64,000 nt of DNA, taken from assembly GCF_006345805.1 (NCBI RefSeq), contig NC_043001.1, positions 32,488,001 through 32,552,000 of the forward strand. Reading direction: 5' to 3'. A model generated the notes under the pieces. That model made no database searches. It was given only the letters and a program-made list of their open reading frames with translations, and had not been told where the DNA came from. Shown piece by piece: positions 62,322 through 64,000 of this stretch. The number at the start of each line of letters is the position of its first letter. The stretch's first letter is position 1. Origin of the DNA: Octopus sinensis (lineage: Eukaryota). The translations under genes and the position numbers were made by a program.

Positions 62322-62364
<43 letters not shown>

Positions 62365-62367
62365 CGC

Positions 62368-62405
<38 letters not shown>

Positions 62406-62682
62406 AAAATATGAATTATAGATAAAACCACTATTATGCAACTCAACTCAAATTTATAAAAAATTAATTATATATATATTAGTTGTTATTTATGTATTGG
62501 TTTATGTTATCACTGTTTGAGTTGCATAATAATGGTTTTATCTTAATTCATATTTTATATATTTATAGAGAAAATTTGATTTAATACTAAATTGAATTTT
62601 TCCCTATACTCCCAAATATATATATATATATATATATATACTATATATATATATATAGATATATATTAGGGAGTATAGGGAA

Positions 62683-62713
<31 letters not shown>

Positions 62714-62907
62714 ATATTATATATATAGATATCATATATATATTAGGGAGTATAGGGAAAAATTCAATTTAGTATTAAATCAAATTTTACTGTATAAATA
62801 TATGAATTGAATTAAGATAAAAACCATTATTATACAACTCAAACAGTGATAGACATAAACCAATACATAAATAATGTTAAAATAATTGTTAACAAGGTAA
62901 TACACTC

Positions 62908-62940
<33 letters not shown>

Positions 62941-63129
62941 GATATATATATATATATATAATTATATATATAATAGATGTGTGTATTTTACCTTGTTAAC
63001 AATTAACACGGAAAAAAAAAAATAATAAATAGTTACCAGGGCAGCAAAAATAGTATCAGTGGAATTTTCGAACATGTGTCGAAAGTAAAAATATTTTATT
63101 ACACCTGCGTTAACTCCATTTTTTTATTC

Positions 63130-63196
<67 letters not shown>

Positions 63197-63247
63197 CTAT
63201 ATATATTATATATATATATATACAATTATCAAGTACTCACCCTGAAT

Positions 63248-63273
<26 letters not shown>

Positions 63274-63278
<5 letters not shown>

Positions 63279-63678
63279 TGATTGATAAGAAAGATAGAGT
63301 GTAACCAGAAGCTTTATTTAGCACAACAATAGTATCGGTTGCCTTCTGCACTGCTCCCGAGTGGGTGGGGAGCGATGTAATGGCATCACATGCATCACTC
63401 AGTGCATATGAACTCATCAGGTGACGTAATATGCTTCAAAAGTTTTAAGATTTACATTTCCCTCCAAGTTACCACCTGCATCTAACTTGGAGTGAAATGT
63501 AAATCTTATAAATATTGAAATATATTACATCACCTGATGAAACTCTCCACTGCGCGATGCATTTGCTGTCATTACATGGTTCTGTATTCTCCAGAAAGCA
63601 GTGCAGAAGGCAGTCGAAACGATTGTTGTGCTAAATAAAGTCTCTAGTTACACTCCATCTTCCGCATCAATCATTTAA
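63274..63678. repeat. About 400-bp imperfect palindrome (foldback/MITE-like)
   Basis: Arms pair along the whole length, e.g. CTTTATTTAGCACAACAAT/ATTGTTGTGCTAAATAAAG, CATCAGGTGA/TCACCTGATG and AAGATTTACATTTC/GAAATGTAAATCTT, with the centre at CCAAGTT...AACTTGG. Confidence 0.85.
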
Positions 63679-64000
63679 AATAAACCCAACGTTCACTTAG
63701 GAATTCCTTACGTAGATCCAGCAACGAAAGCGCAATAACGTGGATGAGGTCTGGCAGCCATAAGTAGTGAACGTGCTCTACAGGCACACTACCTGAGACT
63801 TACTTGAAACAAGGTTTGGCTACCGCATTTTAATGTCACCCATCTAAACTTTAATCTATAATTTTAAATTTAACTTATATATATATACATCTTATATATA
63901 TATTATATATATTATATTATATATATATATATATACAAAAAAAACACTCATAATTTATGCAAAGAAAAGGCTGACTGTGCCTCCAAAGTTTCAGATTGAT

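Overview
Eukaryotic, AT- and microsatellite-rich DNA made almost entirely of repeats. It is most likely an octopus or other coleoid cephalopod, inferred from the mitochondrial rRNA remnant and the SINE landscape; the species is not verified. I recognise no host protein-coding exon. The outer thirds hold (TA)n/(TG)n/(ATAC)n/(ATCT)n tracts, two abundant tRNA-derived SINE families, Helitron-like and Penelope-like fragments, mariner/Tc1 relics and several long inverted repeats. The centre (20.5-48.3 kb) holds two unusual structures. (1) A minus-strand chimera at 20.5-27.9 kb: a GC-rich mosaic of diverged 28S rRNA segments ends at the R2 target site and is followed by a full-length, decayed R2-type element (3 zinc-finger motifs, Myb, RT, CCHC, restriction-like endonuclease), then a mitochondrial 12S-trnV-16S insert, then a second 28S-like mosaic. 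(2) A spacer-free head-to-tail array at 31978-45246 of four same-orientation Tx1/L1-type retroelements: two ORF1+ORF2 copies and two ORF1-only copies of a different family. They share a 49-nt 3' tail, three of them keep the same 17-nt 5' end, and every 3' end abuts a CANNTG motif. The same 3' tail motif recurs on a SINE and on a third LINE family that sits in (ATCT)n tracts. All calls come from reading the sequence by eye, no searches were run, and boundaries are approximate unless a junction is quoted.
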